Shown: positions 44,299 through 54,137 of the stretch, in pieces
Layout of the letters: each line of letters opens with the position of its first letter
How positions within the stretch are numbered: position 1 is the stretch's first letter
Made by a program: the position numbers and the translations under genes
Notes under the pieces: generated by a model
Databases searched by the model: none
The model's input: the letters and a program-made list of their open reading frames with translations, nothing else
What the model was told of the DNA's origin: nothing
Origin: Patescibacteria group bacterium
GTDB taxonomy: Bacteria; Patescibacteriota; Microgenomatia; 0-14-0-10-38-17
Reading direction: 5' to 3'
Assembly: GCA_050953885.1 (NCBI GenBank)
Contig: JBMNNJ010000001.1
Coordinates: 335,437 to 399,436, forward strand
DNA length: 64,000 nt

Positions 44299-46932
44299 AT
44301 GGCCAAAAAACAATGGGTTTTTTCTTTTGATCGCGTTCCTGAAATTAATAAAAATCTTCTTGGCGGCAAGGGCGCGGGTTTGGCGGAAATGACCAAAATC
44401 GGCCTGCCCGTACCTCCCGGCTTTATTATCACCACCGCCGCCTGCAAGGTTTACCAAAAGGAAAGGGAATTGCCGCCTGCTATTTGGCAAGAAGTTTTAA
44501 AAGAGCTGGGGGAATTAGAAAAAAAGACCGGTAAAAAGTTTAATGATCCTAAAAATCCTCTTTTGGTTTCCGTCCGTTCCGGCGCTCCCGTCTCAATGCC
44601 GGGGATGATGGACACGGTTTTAAATCTTGGTCTAAACAAAAAAACCGCCGCCGCGCTTTCTAAAAAAACTAATAATCTCCGCTTTGCCGCCGACGCCTAC
44701 CGCCGTTTTATCCAAATGTTTGCCAATATCGTTAAAGGCGTTCCTTTGAAAAAATTTGAGGATGTTTTAGAACAAGAAAGAGAACGTCATGGCTTCAAAA
44801 GTGACACCGAGTTTAGTGCTGAAGATTTGGAAAAAATTATCAAACGTTACCAACAAATTTATCAGCAAGAAACCGGGGAGACCTTTCCCGAAGATCCCTT
44901 AATTCAACTTCAGGAAGCAATTAAAGCCGTTTTTAGCTCTTGGGGGAATAAAAGAGCTATCGATTACCGCAATTTTAATAAAATCCCTCATGATTTGGGC
45001 ACCGCCGTTAACGTTCAGGCGATGGTTTTTGGCAATATGGGAGAAAAATCGGCCACCGGAGTGGCCTTTACCCGCAATCCCGCCACCGGCAAAAAAGAAC
45101 TTTACGGTGAATTCTTAATCAATGCCCAAGGGGAAGACGTGGTGGCCGGCATCCGCACCCCTCGGCCCATTAAACAACTGGCCAAAGCAATGCCAAAGGC
45201 TTACCAAACCTTGCAAAAAATTGCCCAAATTTTAGAAAAGCACTTCCGCGACACCCAAGATTTAGAATTCACCGTTGAGGAAGGAAAGTTTTATATCCTC
45301 CAAACCCGCACCGGCAAAAGAACTCCCGAGGCGGCGGTTAAAATTGCCCACGACATGGTTTTGGAAAAACTTATCAGTAAAGAAGAGGCTATTATGCGCC
45401 TTGACCCTGAACAAATTAATCAATTACTTCACCGCCGCCTTGACCCCAACGCCCGCCTTCAAGTGATTGCCAAAGGGCTGGCGGCCTCCCCGGGCGGTGC
45501 CAGCGGCGAGGTGGTTTTTGACGCCGACAAGGCCGAAAGCGAGGGACAGCTGGGTAATCAGGTAATTTTAGTCCGGCCGGAAACTTCTCCTGATGATGTT
45601 CATGGCGTTATCTGGGCCCAAGGAGTCTTGACCAGCCGGGGAGGAATGACATCTCATGCCGCCGTGGTGGCCCGAGGTTTGGGTCGGCCCTGTGTTTGTG
45701 GCGCCGAAGAGGTAAAAATTGATCTAGAAAAACGTCAGTTTACCAGCCGCGGCCAAACCATTAAAGAAGGGGAGATTATCACCATTAATGGCTCAACCGG
45801 CGAGGTAATCTTGGGCGCCGTCCCCATGGTGGAACCAAAGCTAAGCCGGGAATTAAAAACCGTCCTTTCCTGGGCTGACAGCTTGGCAAAACTAAAGGTT
45901 TATACCAATGCCGATTATCCTCGCGATGCCAAAACTGCCCGCGACTTTGGCGCCAAGGGCATCGGCCTTTGCCGGACAGAGCATATGTTTATGGAACAGG
46001 AACGCCTGCCATATGTTCAGGAAATGATTTTAGCTCCAAACGCCCAAGAGCGGGAAAAACCGCTTGAAAAAATCGGTCATTTCCAAAAAGAAGATTTTAT
46101 GGGCTTATTCCGCATTATGGACGGCTTGCCGGTGATCATCCGCCTTATCGACCCTCCCTTACATGAATTTCTCCCCAAAGAAGAGGAAATAGAAGAGCAT
46201 TTAAGCAAGGCAAAAAGCAAAAAAGAAAAGGAGCACTGGGAAGCAATGCGGGCCGCGCGTAATAGTCTTCACGAGGATAATCCCATGTTGGGTTTGCGCG
46301 GTTGCCGCTTGGGCATTTTGATGCCCGAAATCATCAGAATGCAAACCCGCGCTATTTTGGAGGCGGCTCTTGATGTCAAAAAAGAAGGCAAAAAAGTAAA
46401 ACCCCAAATTATGGTCCCCTTGGTTGCTTTTAAAGAAGAACTTGCTTTTGTTAAAAAAGAAATCCAAAATGAGGCGAAAAAAGTTTTCGCCAAACATGGG
46501 GAAAAAATCGCCTTTAAAATTGGCACCATGATTGAACTGCCCCGCGCCGCCTTAAGGGCAGGGGAGATTGCCCAAGAAGCAGAATTTTTTTCTTTTGGCA
46601 CTAACGATTTAACCCAAACCGCCATCGGCATTTCCCGCGATGACGCCGAGGGAAAATTTTTAGCTTCTTATCAGGAATTAGGCATCATTAAAACCAATCC
46701 TTTTCAAACTTTAGACCAAGATGGGGTAGGGGAGCTGGTCCAAATAGGAGCAGAAAGAGGCAGAAAAACAAACCCCAGCCTTTCTGTGGGCATTTGCGGC
46801 GAGCATGGCGGCGAGCCGGAAAGCATTAAGTTTTGCCACCAGGTCGGCTTAAACTATGTTTCCTGCTCCCCCTATCGCGTCCCCGTTGCCCGCCTCGCCG
46901 CCGCCCAAGCAGCAGTCCAAGTCAAAGACTAA
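44299..46932 (+). CDS. ppdK: Pyruvate, phosphate dikinase
   Basis: The N-terminal ATP-grasp (LLGGKGAGLAEMTKIGLPVPPGF), the phospho-His domain (GGMTSHAAVVARGLGRPCVCG) and the C-terminal PEP-utilising TIM barrel (CGEHGGEP); 877 aa. Confidence 0.9.
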   Translation: MAKKQWVFSFDRVPEINKNLLGGKGAGLAEMTKIGLPVPPGFIITTAACKVYQKERELPPAIWQEVLKELGELEKKTGKKFNDPKNPLLVSVRSGAPVSMPGMMDTVLNLGLNKKTAAALSKKTNNLRFAADAYRRFIQMFANIVKGVPLKKFEDVLEQERERHGFKSDTEFSAEDLEKIIKRYQQIYQQETGETFPEDPLIQLQEAIKAVFSSWGNKRAIDYRNFNKIPHDLGTAVNVQAMVFGNMGEKSATGVAFTRNPATGKKELYGEFLINAQGEDVVAGIRTPRPIKQLAKAMPKAYQTLQKIAQILEKHFRDTQDLEFTVEEGKFYILQTRTGKRTPEAAVKIAHDMVLEKLISKEEAIMRLDPEQINQLLHRRLDPNARLQVIAKGLAASPGGASGEVVFDADKAESEGQLGNQVILVRPETSPDDVHGVIWAQGVLTSRGGMTSHAAVVARGLGRPCVCGAEEVKIDLEKRQFTSRGQTIKEGEIITINGSTGEVILGAVPMVEPKLSRELKTVLSWADSLAKLKVYTNADYPRDAKTARDFGAKGIGLCRTEHMFMEQERLPYVQEMILAPNAQEREKPLEKIGHFQKEDFMGLFRIMDGLPVIIRLIDPPLHEFLPKEEEIEEHLSKAKSKKEKEHWEAMRAARNSLHEDNPMLGLRGCRLGILMPEIIRMQTRAILEAALDVKKEGKKVKPQIMVPLVAFKEELAFVKKEIQNEAKKVFAKHGEKIAFKIGTMIELPRAALRAGEIAQEAEFFSFGTNDLTQTAIGISRDDAEGKFLASYQELGIIKTNPFQTLDQDGVGELVQIGAERGRKTNPSLSVGICGEHGGEPESIKFCHQVGLNYVSCSPYRVPVARLAAAQAAVQVKD

Positions 46933-47125
46933 ACACACGGGGTTAAACAGGATGCCTACTGGATAAAACAGAATAAAAAATCTCGTTTAATTCCTCTCTG
47001 GACGTTTTGGAGTAAAACGAAAATTTTTTTTAAGGAAAAATATAATTTTTGCATTTTATATTACATTTTGAATTTTGAATTTTGATTTTTGAATAATTTT
47101 GACTTTTGAATTTTGACTTATTATT

Positions 47126-49735
47126 ATGTCTTCTCCCGATAACAACGATAACCAAATTAAAATCGCCCCCATTGCCGGCGAGGTAAAAAAGGCCTATCTT
47201 GACTACGCCATGTCGGTAATTGTTTCCCGAGCTCTTCCGGATGTTCGCGATGGCCTAAAACCGGTCCATCGTCGCATTCTTTATGCCGCCTATCAGATCA
47301 ATCTCTCCCACACCTCTGCCTTTACCAAAAGCGCAAAATTAGTCGGCGAAGTTTTAGGTAAATACCATCCTCACGGCGATGCTTCTGTTTATGATGCTCT
47401 CGTCCGTCTGGCTCAAGATTTTTCAATGCGCTATCCCTTAATCCAAGGGCAGGGAAATTTTGGTTCTATTGACGGCGATCCTCCCGCCGCTATGCGTTAT
47501 ACCGAAATAAGGCTTTCAAAAATCGCCCAGGAAATGCTAAAAGATTTAGAAAAAGAAACTGTCCCCACTTTGCCTAATTTTGACGGCACTCTTGCCGAAC
47601 CCCAATATTTACCCGCTCTTTTACCTAATCTTCTCTTAATGGGTTCCGAGGGGATTGCCGTCGGCATGGCCACCAAAATTCCCCCCCATAACTTGGGCGA
47701 GGTGGTCAGGGCCTTAATCTTAATCATTGAAAAAGGAAAAGCCACTTTTCCCCAAACCCATCCCTTGGGCCAAAAAGAGATTAACAAGCAAGAAAAAGAA
47801 AGTTTTTACCAAAAACTTTTAGAAATGCCTTTTGAGGAAGTGGCTAATTTTCTGCCCAACTTTGAAACCGAAGCCAGTCTTGACGACATCTTAACCATTA
47901 TCAAGGGGCCAGATTTCCCCACCTATGGGGCTATTTTTGGTAAAAAACAAATCCAGGAAGCATACCAGAAGGGGAGGGGAAGCATCTTAGTCCGCGGCAA
48001 AGCCGACATTGAGGAAGTGCGCAAAAATCGTTTGGCGATTATTATCAGCCAACTGCCATATCAGGTTAATAAATCCCTTTTGGTCCAAAAAATTGCCGAT
48101 CTTATCCGCGAGCAAAAAATAAAAGGAGTAGGGGATCTGCGCGATGAATCCAGCCGCGAGGGGATTCGGATTGTTTTAGAATTGCAGCGCCAAGCCAAAC
48201 CCCAAGCCATTCTCAATAATCTTTACAAAAAAACCGACTTAGAAACCACTTTTCCGGCTAATTTCGTCGCCCTTTTAAACGGCGTTCCTCAAACGCTGGG
48301 CCTACGGGAAATTCTCCTTCATTATGTTACCCACCGTCAGGAAATTGTTTTCCGCCGCACCATTTTTGATTTGCGCGCCGCCCAAGGACGGGCGCACATT
48401 CTTGAAGGCCTGAAAATTGCCCTTGATTATTTAGATGAAGTTATTAAAACCATCAGAACCTCGGCTAACACCAGCGAAGCCCAAAAAAACTTGATGGAAA
48501 AATTTTCCCTCAGCGCCCTGCAGAGCGAAGCGATTCTTAATATGCCCTTAAAAAGACTCTCGCGGCTTGAGCGGGAAAAAATTGAAGAAGAATACCAGCT
48601 TATCCAAAAACAAATTAAGGAGTATAAAACCACTTTAGAAAAACCGGAGAAAATTCTTAAAATTATTAAAGAGGAGCTTGGTTATCTTTTGGAAAACTAC
48701 GAAGACGGCCGCCGGACCCAAGTTTTTGCCTCCTTGCCGGGAGAGTTGGCGGAAGAAGATTTAGTTGCCAATGAACCGGTTATTATCACCATTACCAAAC
48801 AAGGTTATATTAAACGCTTGGCCAAAAACGTTTACCGCCCCCAAAGACGAGGCGGCAAAGGCATTACCGGCATGACCACCAAAGAAGAAGACGAAGTAAA
48901 ACAGGTTTTAAGCGCGCAAACCCATGACCAAATTATCTTTTTTACCAATCAAGGGAAAGCTTTCCGCTTGCCGGTTTGGGAAATTCCCGAAGGCAACCGC
49001 CAAAGCCGCGGCAAGGCGGTGGTTAACCTGATTAATCTTGAGAGCGAGGAGAAAGTAGAAGCCACCCTCATTATTCCCAAAGAAAAAAGCGAAGAAAAAA
49101 AATATCTTATTCTCACCACCAAAAAAGGAATGGTTAAAAAAAGTTTGCTTGAAGAATTTAGCAACATCCGCGCCAACGGCTTGGTGGCAATTAAACTTCG
49201 TCCCGGCGATCAGCTTTGTTGGGCCAAAACCTCCAAAGAGCACGACCATCTTCTTTTAGTCACCGCTTTCGGCCAATCAATCAGATTTTCCCAAGAAGAA
49301 ATCCGCCCCACCGCCCGCGACACCATTGGGGTGGGGGGAATCCGTCTGAAAAAAGACGATTATCTTGTCGGAGCAGAAGTAATCCCTCCTAAAGTGGTAA
49401 TAAAAGACCGCCGCCGCAAGCCTTACCAACGGCTTCTTTTGGTCACCCAGAAAGGTTTGGGTAAACAAACTGATCTTGACGCTTTTCCTTGTCAGCATCG
49501 TTACGGTAAAGGAGTAAAAGCAGCCAAGATTAACAAAAAAACCGGTCTTGTTTGCGAAGTAAAAATTATTACCGAAAAAGACCAAGACCTAATTATTACT
49601 TCTCAAAAAGGGCATTTAATTAAACTCCCCTTGAAAAACATTCCTGTTTTGGGACGAAATACCCAAGGGGTAATTCTGATGCGCTTTAAAGACGAGAACG
49701 ATCAGGTAGCCAGCGTCGCCACTACCCGGGGGTAA
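47126..49735 (+). CDS. gyrA: DNA gyrase subunit A
   Basis: [48 protein letters not shown] (active-site Tyr region / QRDR) and C-terminal beta-pinwheel repeats. Confidence 0.9.
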   Translation: MSSPDNNDNQIKIAPIAGEVKKAYLDYAMSVIVSRALPDVRDGLKPVHRRILYAAYQINLSHTSAFTKSAKLVGEVLGKYHPHGDASVYDALVRLAQDFSMRYPLIQGQGNFGSIDGDPPAAMRYTEIRLSKIAQEMLKDLEKETVPTLPNFDGTLAEPQYLPALLPNLLLMGSEGIAVGMATKIPPHNLGEVVRALILIIEKGKATFPQTHPLGQKEINKQEKESFYQKLLEMPFEEVANFLPNFETEASLDDILTIIKGPDFPTYGAIFGKKQIQEAYQKGRGSILVRGKADIEEVRKNRLAIIISQLPYQVNKSLLVQKIADLIREQKIKGVGDLRDESSREGIRIVLELQRQAKPQAILNNLYKKTDLETTFPANFVALLNGVPQTLGLREILLHYVTHRQEIVFRRTIFDLRAAQGRAHILEGLKIALDYLDEVIKTIRTSANTSEAQKNLMEKFSLSALQSEAILNMPLKRLSRLEREKIEEEYQLIQKQIKEYKTTLEKPEKILKIIKEELGYLLENYEDGRRTQVFASLPGELAEEDLVANEPVIITITKQGYIKRLAKNVYRPQRRGGKGITGMTTKEEDEVKQVLSAQTHDQIIFFTNQGKAFRLPVWEIPEGNRQSRGKAVVNLINLESEEKVEATLIIPKEKSEEKKYLILTTKKGMVKKSLLEEFSNIRANGLVAIKLRPGDQLCWAKTSKEHDHLLLVTAFGQSIRFSQEEIRPTARDTIGVGGIRLKKDDYLVGAEVIPPKVVIKDRRRKPYQRLLLVTQKGLGKQTDLDAFPCQHRYGKGVKAAKINKKTGLVCEVKIITEKDQDLIITSQKGHLIKLPLKNIPVLGRNTQGVILMRFKDENDQVASVATTRG

Positions 49736-49810
49736 AATAAATGAAAATGCCACGCCATAGGGGTCTCGCCCATTGACGGGCGGGCACATGGACCCACCCC
49801 TACATTATTT

Positions 49811-50761
49811 CTATTCTTTCTCAATCTCTTTCAGGGGGTGGTATTTCCGGTGAGTTTCTTCGGCAAAACGATCCCCCGGATGGACATAACGCGTCGTTGT
49901 TTCCAGTGACTCATGCCCCAAAAGAATCTGAATCGCCGCCGGAGAAGCACCGCTTTCCGCTAAATAAGTAGCAAAACCATGACGCAGGGAATGAGGAGAA
50001 ACAGGGACGTTAACTTTTAATTTCTCGCGATACTCTTTAAGCTTGCTTTCAATATAATTGGGAGAAATTCTTTTCTCCCGCTTGGCCACATTAGGCCCGG
50101 AGTAAGGGATGAAAAGCGCCGGCGCACTGTCTTGGCGGGTTAAAAGATAGCGTTCCAAAATTGCCTTCGCCCGGGGCGTTAAATAAACAAAACGCTCTTT
50201 CTTTCCTTTGCCTAAAATAAAAATTCGCCCCGAGTCATCAATATCGGCGCGATTAAGATGACAAAGCTCAGAAATTCTCAAGCCGGTGGCAAAAAGAGTT
50301 TCCAAAATCGCCCGGTTCCTTAAACCCACCAGAGGATTTTTCTCCAGCGTTGTTGGCGCCTCAATTAACCGTACCAATTCTTTAAACTCGGCCACGCGGG
50401 GATGGCGCTTTTCGGTTTTTACCAGCTTAATAGCGTCCGGCACCACCGGCACCGGCACATCACGATCCACTAAATACTTAAGATAGCTTCTTAAGGCCGA
50501 AAGCATCCGGTTAACGCTTTGTGCCGATAATTGGGCCTCTTTCTTCTCTTTCTTAATCGGCGTCTGCCGGTCACGGGAAACCAAATACGCCTTATATTCA
50601 TCAATTGTCCTTTTAGTAATTTTCTCAAAGGAAGGAGTAGGGGAGGAAGCAAGGTAGGCGTCAAAAACTTTCAAGTCGCGTTCGTAATTATAAACCGTTT
50701 CGAGAGAGTAGTTGTTGGTTTTAAGTGACAATAAAAAATCGTCAAAAAAAGGAAGAATCAT
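49811..50761 (-). CDS. xerC: Tyrosine site-specific recombinase (XerC/XerD family)
   Basis: An N-terminal core-binding domain, then the catalytic R...HSLRHGFAT...LGHESLETTTRYVH with the nucleophilic Tyr. Confidence 0.8.
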   Translation of the reverse strand: MILPFFDDFLLSLKTNNYSLETVYNYERDLKVFDAYLASSPTPSFEKITKRTIDEYKAYLVSRDRQTPIKKEKKEAQLSAQSVNRMLSALRSYLKYLVDRDVPVPVVPDAIKLVKTEKRHPRVAEFKELVRLIEAPTTLEKNPLVGLRNRAILETLFATGLRISELCHLNRADIDDSGRIFILGKGKKERFVYLTPRAKAILERYLLTRQDSAPALFIPYSGPNVAKREKRISPNYIESKLKEYREKLKVNVPVSPHSLRHGFATYLAESGASPAAIQILLGHESLETTTRYVHPGDRFAEETHRKYHPLKEIEKE

Positions 50762-51687
50762 AAAAAAAATTTTAAAAAATTATTTTTAATTTTTTATTCT
50801 TTTGGTCGGGTAGGGGAAGAAGAAAAAAAATTTTCTTTCCTCAACTGAGTGTAAGAGTAATTATACTCAGTTAGAGACCATTATAACCAAAGCCGCTATT
50901 TTTGTCAAGTTTTTAAGAAAACCAGCCAAAGCCGCCTCTTCACCAAATAGGCCTAAAACGGTTAAAAAAGAAAAAGACGATAACTTGATCACCCTCTTCT
51001 GAGGCTTAAAGAGGAAAACCACTAAAAAAAAGCAAAATAAAATCTTCATCTTAAACAAAGAATCTTACCTTAGGAAAAATTTAATTTAGGCAGAAGAAAG
51101 AAGGGGAAATAATTTTAAATCAATAATTTAATTTTAAATAAAATAATTATTATCTAAATTAATTATTTATTAATAAAAATGCCGGCAATAAAGGTTATGA
51201 TCATCTTGTTTTATAGTTTTCCACAAAACTATATCAAAGAATATCATTATCAATTACGCGCTTTCTTTGCTAAAAGCGTGAAAAAATGCTTTTTAATTTC
51301 GTGAAAACTATGGGATACAAACTATAGGGCTTATTATTATAGGATAATGGCCCACTCTGTCTGCCGCCTGTCTTACTCCCCTACCCTGGCAGGACAAAAT
51401 CCAAAATTTAAAATAAATTTAAAATTCAAAATGTAAAATTTAACGGCTCGTAATGTGTAACACGTAATTCGTAATGCGTAATAAAAAGTGCAAAGCGCAA
51501 ATATCAAAAATCAAAGCCTAAATCAAAATTCAAAGATAATAAATAAACTTAAATGTTAAATCGCCATCCGCCAGCCGGCAGATTCGTCAGAATGACGTCC
51601 ACGATTAGCGTCATTCTGAACTTGATTCAGAATCAGTTAGATCCTGACTTTCGTCAGGATGACAACAGCATACGAAATACCATTTAT

Positions 51688-52497
51688 TTATCCTCTCCAT
51701 GAAGTAGTCAGAAGAAGCCCTAAAAACATTAAGCCGCCCACCAAGAGATACTCTTGAACTGTTTTTTTGAAAAGCCGATCGGCCCGCTGGGCGCTTCCCA
51801 ACCCTAAAAGCACATAAGAAACCGTGGTTAAAAAAAGAGAACCGGTTAAAATTTCTACCGGGAAGAAAGAAATAATTAAAGCAAATTCCCCTACCACCAA
51901 AGAAAAAATTAAGGCAAAAAGCAAATCCTCCCGTGATAGCTTTTCTTCTAAATTAACCGCCCAAAGCGAATGAAGAGTTAAGGGAAAGGTAAGAAGGGCA
52001 GCCAAAATGGCGTTTTGCCAAAACGAAAGTCGAAAAGAAAAAACCGCGTCATAAAGGAAAAAAAGAGAAAGCAGGGTTAACAAAAAACCAACCGCCTGGG
52101 CCGCCCGCGCTAAAGCAATCGTCCGCAATGAAGCCACCGTAAAAATATTTTCGGTTAAAAAAACCACATACATTCCGAAAGAAAAAAGAGCAAAAATTAA
52201 AAGCTGATAGGGCCACGAGGAGGGTAGCAAAAAATAAAAAAGGGAAACACCTAGAGAAAAAAACCCAGGCAAAACAGGCGTCAGCAAACGCTCTACTTTA
52301 AAATTAAGACCTTCATAAAGGGAAAAAAAATGCAAAGCGACACTTAAAAGAGTCAAACCGCCAATTCCCCAATAACGTTGGGGAAAAGGCAATTGTTGAG
52401 TTAGCAAGAAAACCAATCCCGAAAGCAAGGAAGAAAAAACAAAACGAACCCTTTTGCTAACACGCAGGCGGGAAAAAAAACGGGTTAAAAAAGCCAT
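51688..52497 (-). CDS. Hypothetical polytopic membrane protein
   Basis: A 269-aa ORF with about 8 hydrophobic segments and no recognisable motif. Confidence 0.45.
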   Translation of the reverse strand: MAFLTRFFSRLRVSKRVRFVFSSLLSGLVFLLTQQLPFPQRYWGIGGLTLLSVALHFFSLYEGLNFKVERLLTPVLPGFFSLGVSLFYFLLPSSWPYQLLIFALFSFGMYVVFLTENIFTVASLRTIALARAAQAVGFLLTLLSLFFLYDAVFSFRLSFWQNAILAALLTFPLTLHSLWAVNLEEKLSREDLLFALIFSLVVGEFALIISFFPVEILTGSLFLTTVSYVLLGLGSAQRADRLFKKTVQEYLLVGGLMFLGLLLTTSWRG

Positions 52498-52504
52498 TTA
52501 CCAT

Positions 52505-53230
52505 TTAAAAGTTGCTAAAAACAGTTTGCACATCATCATGCTCTTCAAGGCGAGAAAGAAACTCGGCTACTTTTTCTTTCTTTTGAGGATCGTTAAGCGC
52601 TAATGGCAGTTGCGGGCGAAAAACCAACGAAGAGGAAAGAACGGTAAATCCATTTTCTTCAAGACTACCAACTACCGCCGCTAAAGCTTCCTTACCCACG
52701 GTTAACTTAATCTTCCCCTCTTTTTCCTCTACATCTTCTACCCCGGCAAAATCCATTAACGATAAAACCTGCTCTTCAACCCCCTCCTCTTTTTTGGGCG
52801 CCAAAAAAATTTCCCCCGTCTGGCGAAAATTATAAGCAACAGCGCCGGGAGAAGCCAACGACCCGCCGCTTTTCTCAAAAATATTTTTAAGTTCTTGAGT
52901 GGTACGTTGCCGGTTATCGGTAATTGCCTTGATAATCACCGCCACCCCCTCCGGCCCATAACCCTCAAACTGTAAAGAAGCCAATTCTCCTTCTTTTTTG
53001 CCTTTAGCCCGACTAATCGCCCGTTCAATATTGCTTTTCGGCATATTTGCCTCTCGCGCCTGCTCAATCGCCAAACGCAAGCGGAAGTTAGCGTTAGGGT
53101 CGGTTTCTCCTCCTCCTTCGATTACCGCCACACTAATCGCCCGCGAGAGCTTCGAAAAGGCCTGCCCCCGCTCCTTATCCTTAGCCTCTTTTTGGTGCTT
53201 TATGGTTGCCCATTTTGAATGACCGGACAT
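52505..53230 (-). CDS. yebC: YebC/PmpR-family probable transcriptional regulatory protein
   Basis: MSGHSKWATIKHQKEAKDKERGQ...NFRLRLAIEQAREANMPKSNIERAI is the canonical YebC N-terminus. Confidence 0.88.
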   Translation of the reverse strand: MSGHSKWATIKHQKEAKDKERGQAFSKLSRAISVAVIEGGGETDPNANFRLRLAIEQAREANMPKSNIERAISRAKGKKEGELASLQFEGYGPEGVAVIIKAITDNRQRTTQELKNIFEKSGGSLASPGAVAYNFRQTGEIFLAPKKEEGVEEQVLSLMDFAGVEDVEEKEGKIKLTVGKEALAAVVGSLEENGFTVLSSSLVFRPQLPLALNDPQKKEKVAEFLSRLEEHDDVQTVFSNF

Positions 53231-53330
53231 AGTTTAAAAAATCAAAATTCAAAAATCAAAATGCAAAATGACAATTAAAAATTAAAAAATCAGGAACTCC
53301 GTTGCGGCGAAACAATATAACTATCCTATT

Positions 53331-53347
53331 TTACCACTAACCAGCCA
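53331..53347 (-). promoter_or_regulatory. Conserved extended -10 promoter motif (TGGTAAAAT) upstream of yebC; an identical 19-nt block is upstream of rseP
   Basis: AACTATCCTATTTTACCAC occurs at 53329-53347 and 61489-61507. On the minus strand it reads GTGGTAAAATAGGATAGTT, i.e. TGnTAAAAT. Confidence 0.4.
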
Positions 53348-53423
53348 TTAGTGCATCTGTAGAGGCGCATCATGATGCGCCCGCATAATGGCTTCGGTAT
53401 CTTTGAGGGTTGCCGACCAACAA

Positions 53424-54137
53424 TTAATCCTTCTTCTTAAGACTTTTTAGGGCTTTCTTGAGATCGGCGGGGAGCTTGGACACAAATTCTACCCATTCAT
53501 TGCTTTTAGGGTGATAAAATCCAATTTTTTTGGCATGAAGAAAAAGCCGTGGGCACCAAAGAAGATCTGACTTCAGGCGTTTTTCCCCTGCATAAAAGGG
53601 GTCACCCACCAGCGGATAACCAAGATGAGAAAAATGAACCCTAATTTGGTGGGTGCGACCGGTTTTTGGGAAAACCGCCACGAGACTGAAATACTCCCCC
53701 TTCGAATCTTGATACAATTCTTTTCTTTCAAAATAAGTTAGGGCCGGTTTAGCACCTGCTATCACGCCAAACCTTTCCCTTCTCCAAGGCAAACGTCCTA
53801 CCGGCATATTAATTGTCCCTTCGTTTGGTACTTTTCCATGAAGAAGCGCCCAATATTCTTTCTTCACCAAATGGTTCTTAAACTGACGCTGCAGGACTTT
53901 TAAGCTCTCCTCGTCTTTGGCCACCAAAAGCACGCCGCTGGTATCCTTATCCAACCGATGAGCAATTCCAGCTCGTAAATTTGGCCAATGAATAAGGGGA
54001 TAAGAAAAATTTTCTTTTAACCATTCCTCTACTGTTTTCTGTCCCCGTGTCGTTTTGGCCTGATTTACTATCCAGCCGGCCGGTTTATCTAAAACCAAAA
54101 GATAATCGTCTTGATAAAGAGTTTGGGGCGTTATCAT
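53424..54137 (-). CDS. RluA-family pseudouridine synthase (RluD/RluC-like)
   Basis: The catalytic motif HRLDKDTSGVLLVAK and a C-terminal conserved region. Confidence 0.85.
   Translation of the reverse strand: MITPQTLYQDDYLLVLDKPAGWIVNQAKTTRGQKTVEEWLKENFSYPLIHWPNLRAGIAHRLDKDTSGVLLVAKDEESLKVLQRQFKNHLVKKEYWALLHGKVPNEGTINMPVGRLPWRRERFGVIAGAKPALTYFERKELYQDSKGEYFSLVAVFPKTGRTHQIRVHFSHLGYPLVGDPFYAGEKRLKSDLLWCPRLFLHAKKIGFYHPKSNEWVEFVSKLPADLKKALKSLKKKD

Noticed and set aside
50762-51687. A confident replication origin (oriC) call.
   Set aside because: Only one DnaA-box-like 9-mer (TTTTCCACA) was found by eye and dnaA/dnaN are not nearby. It is kept as a low-interest finding only.
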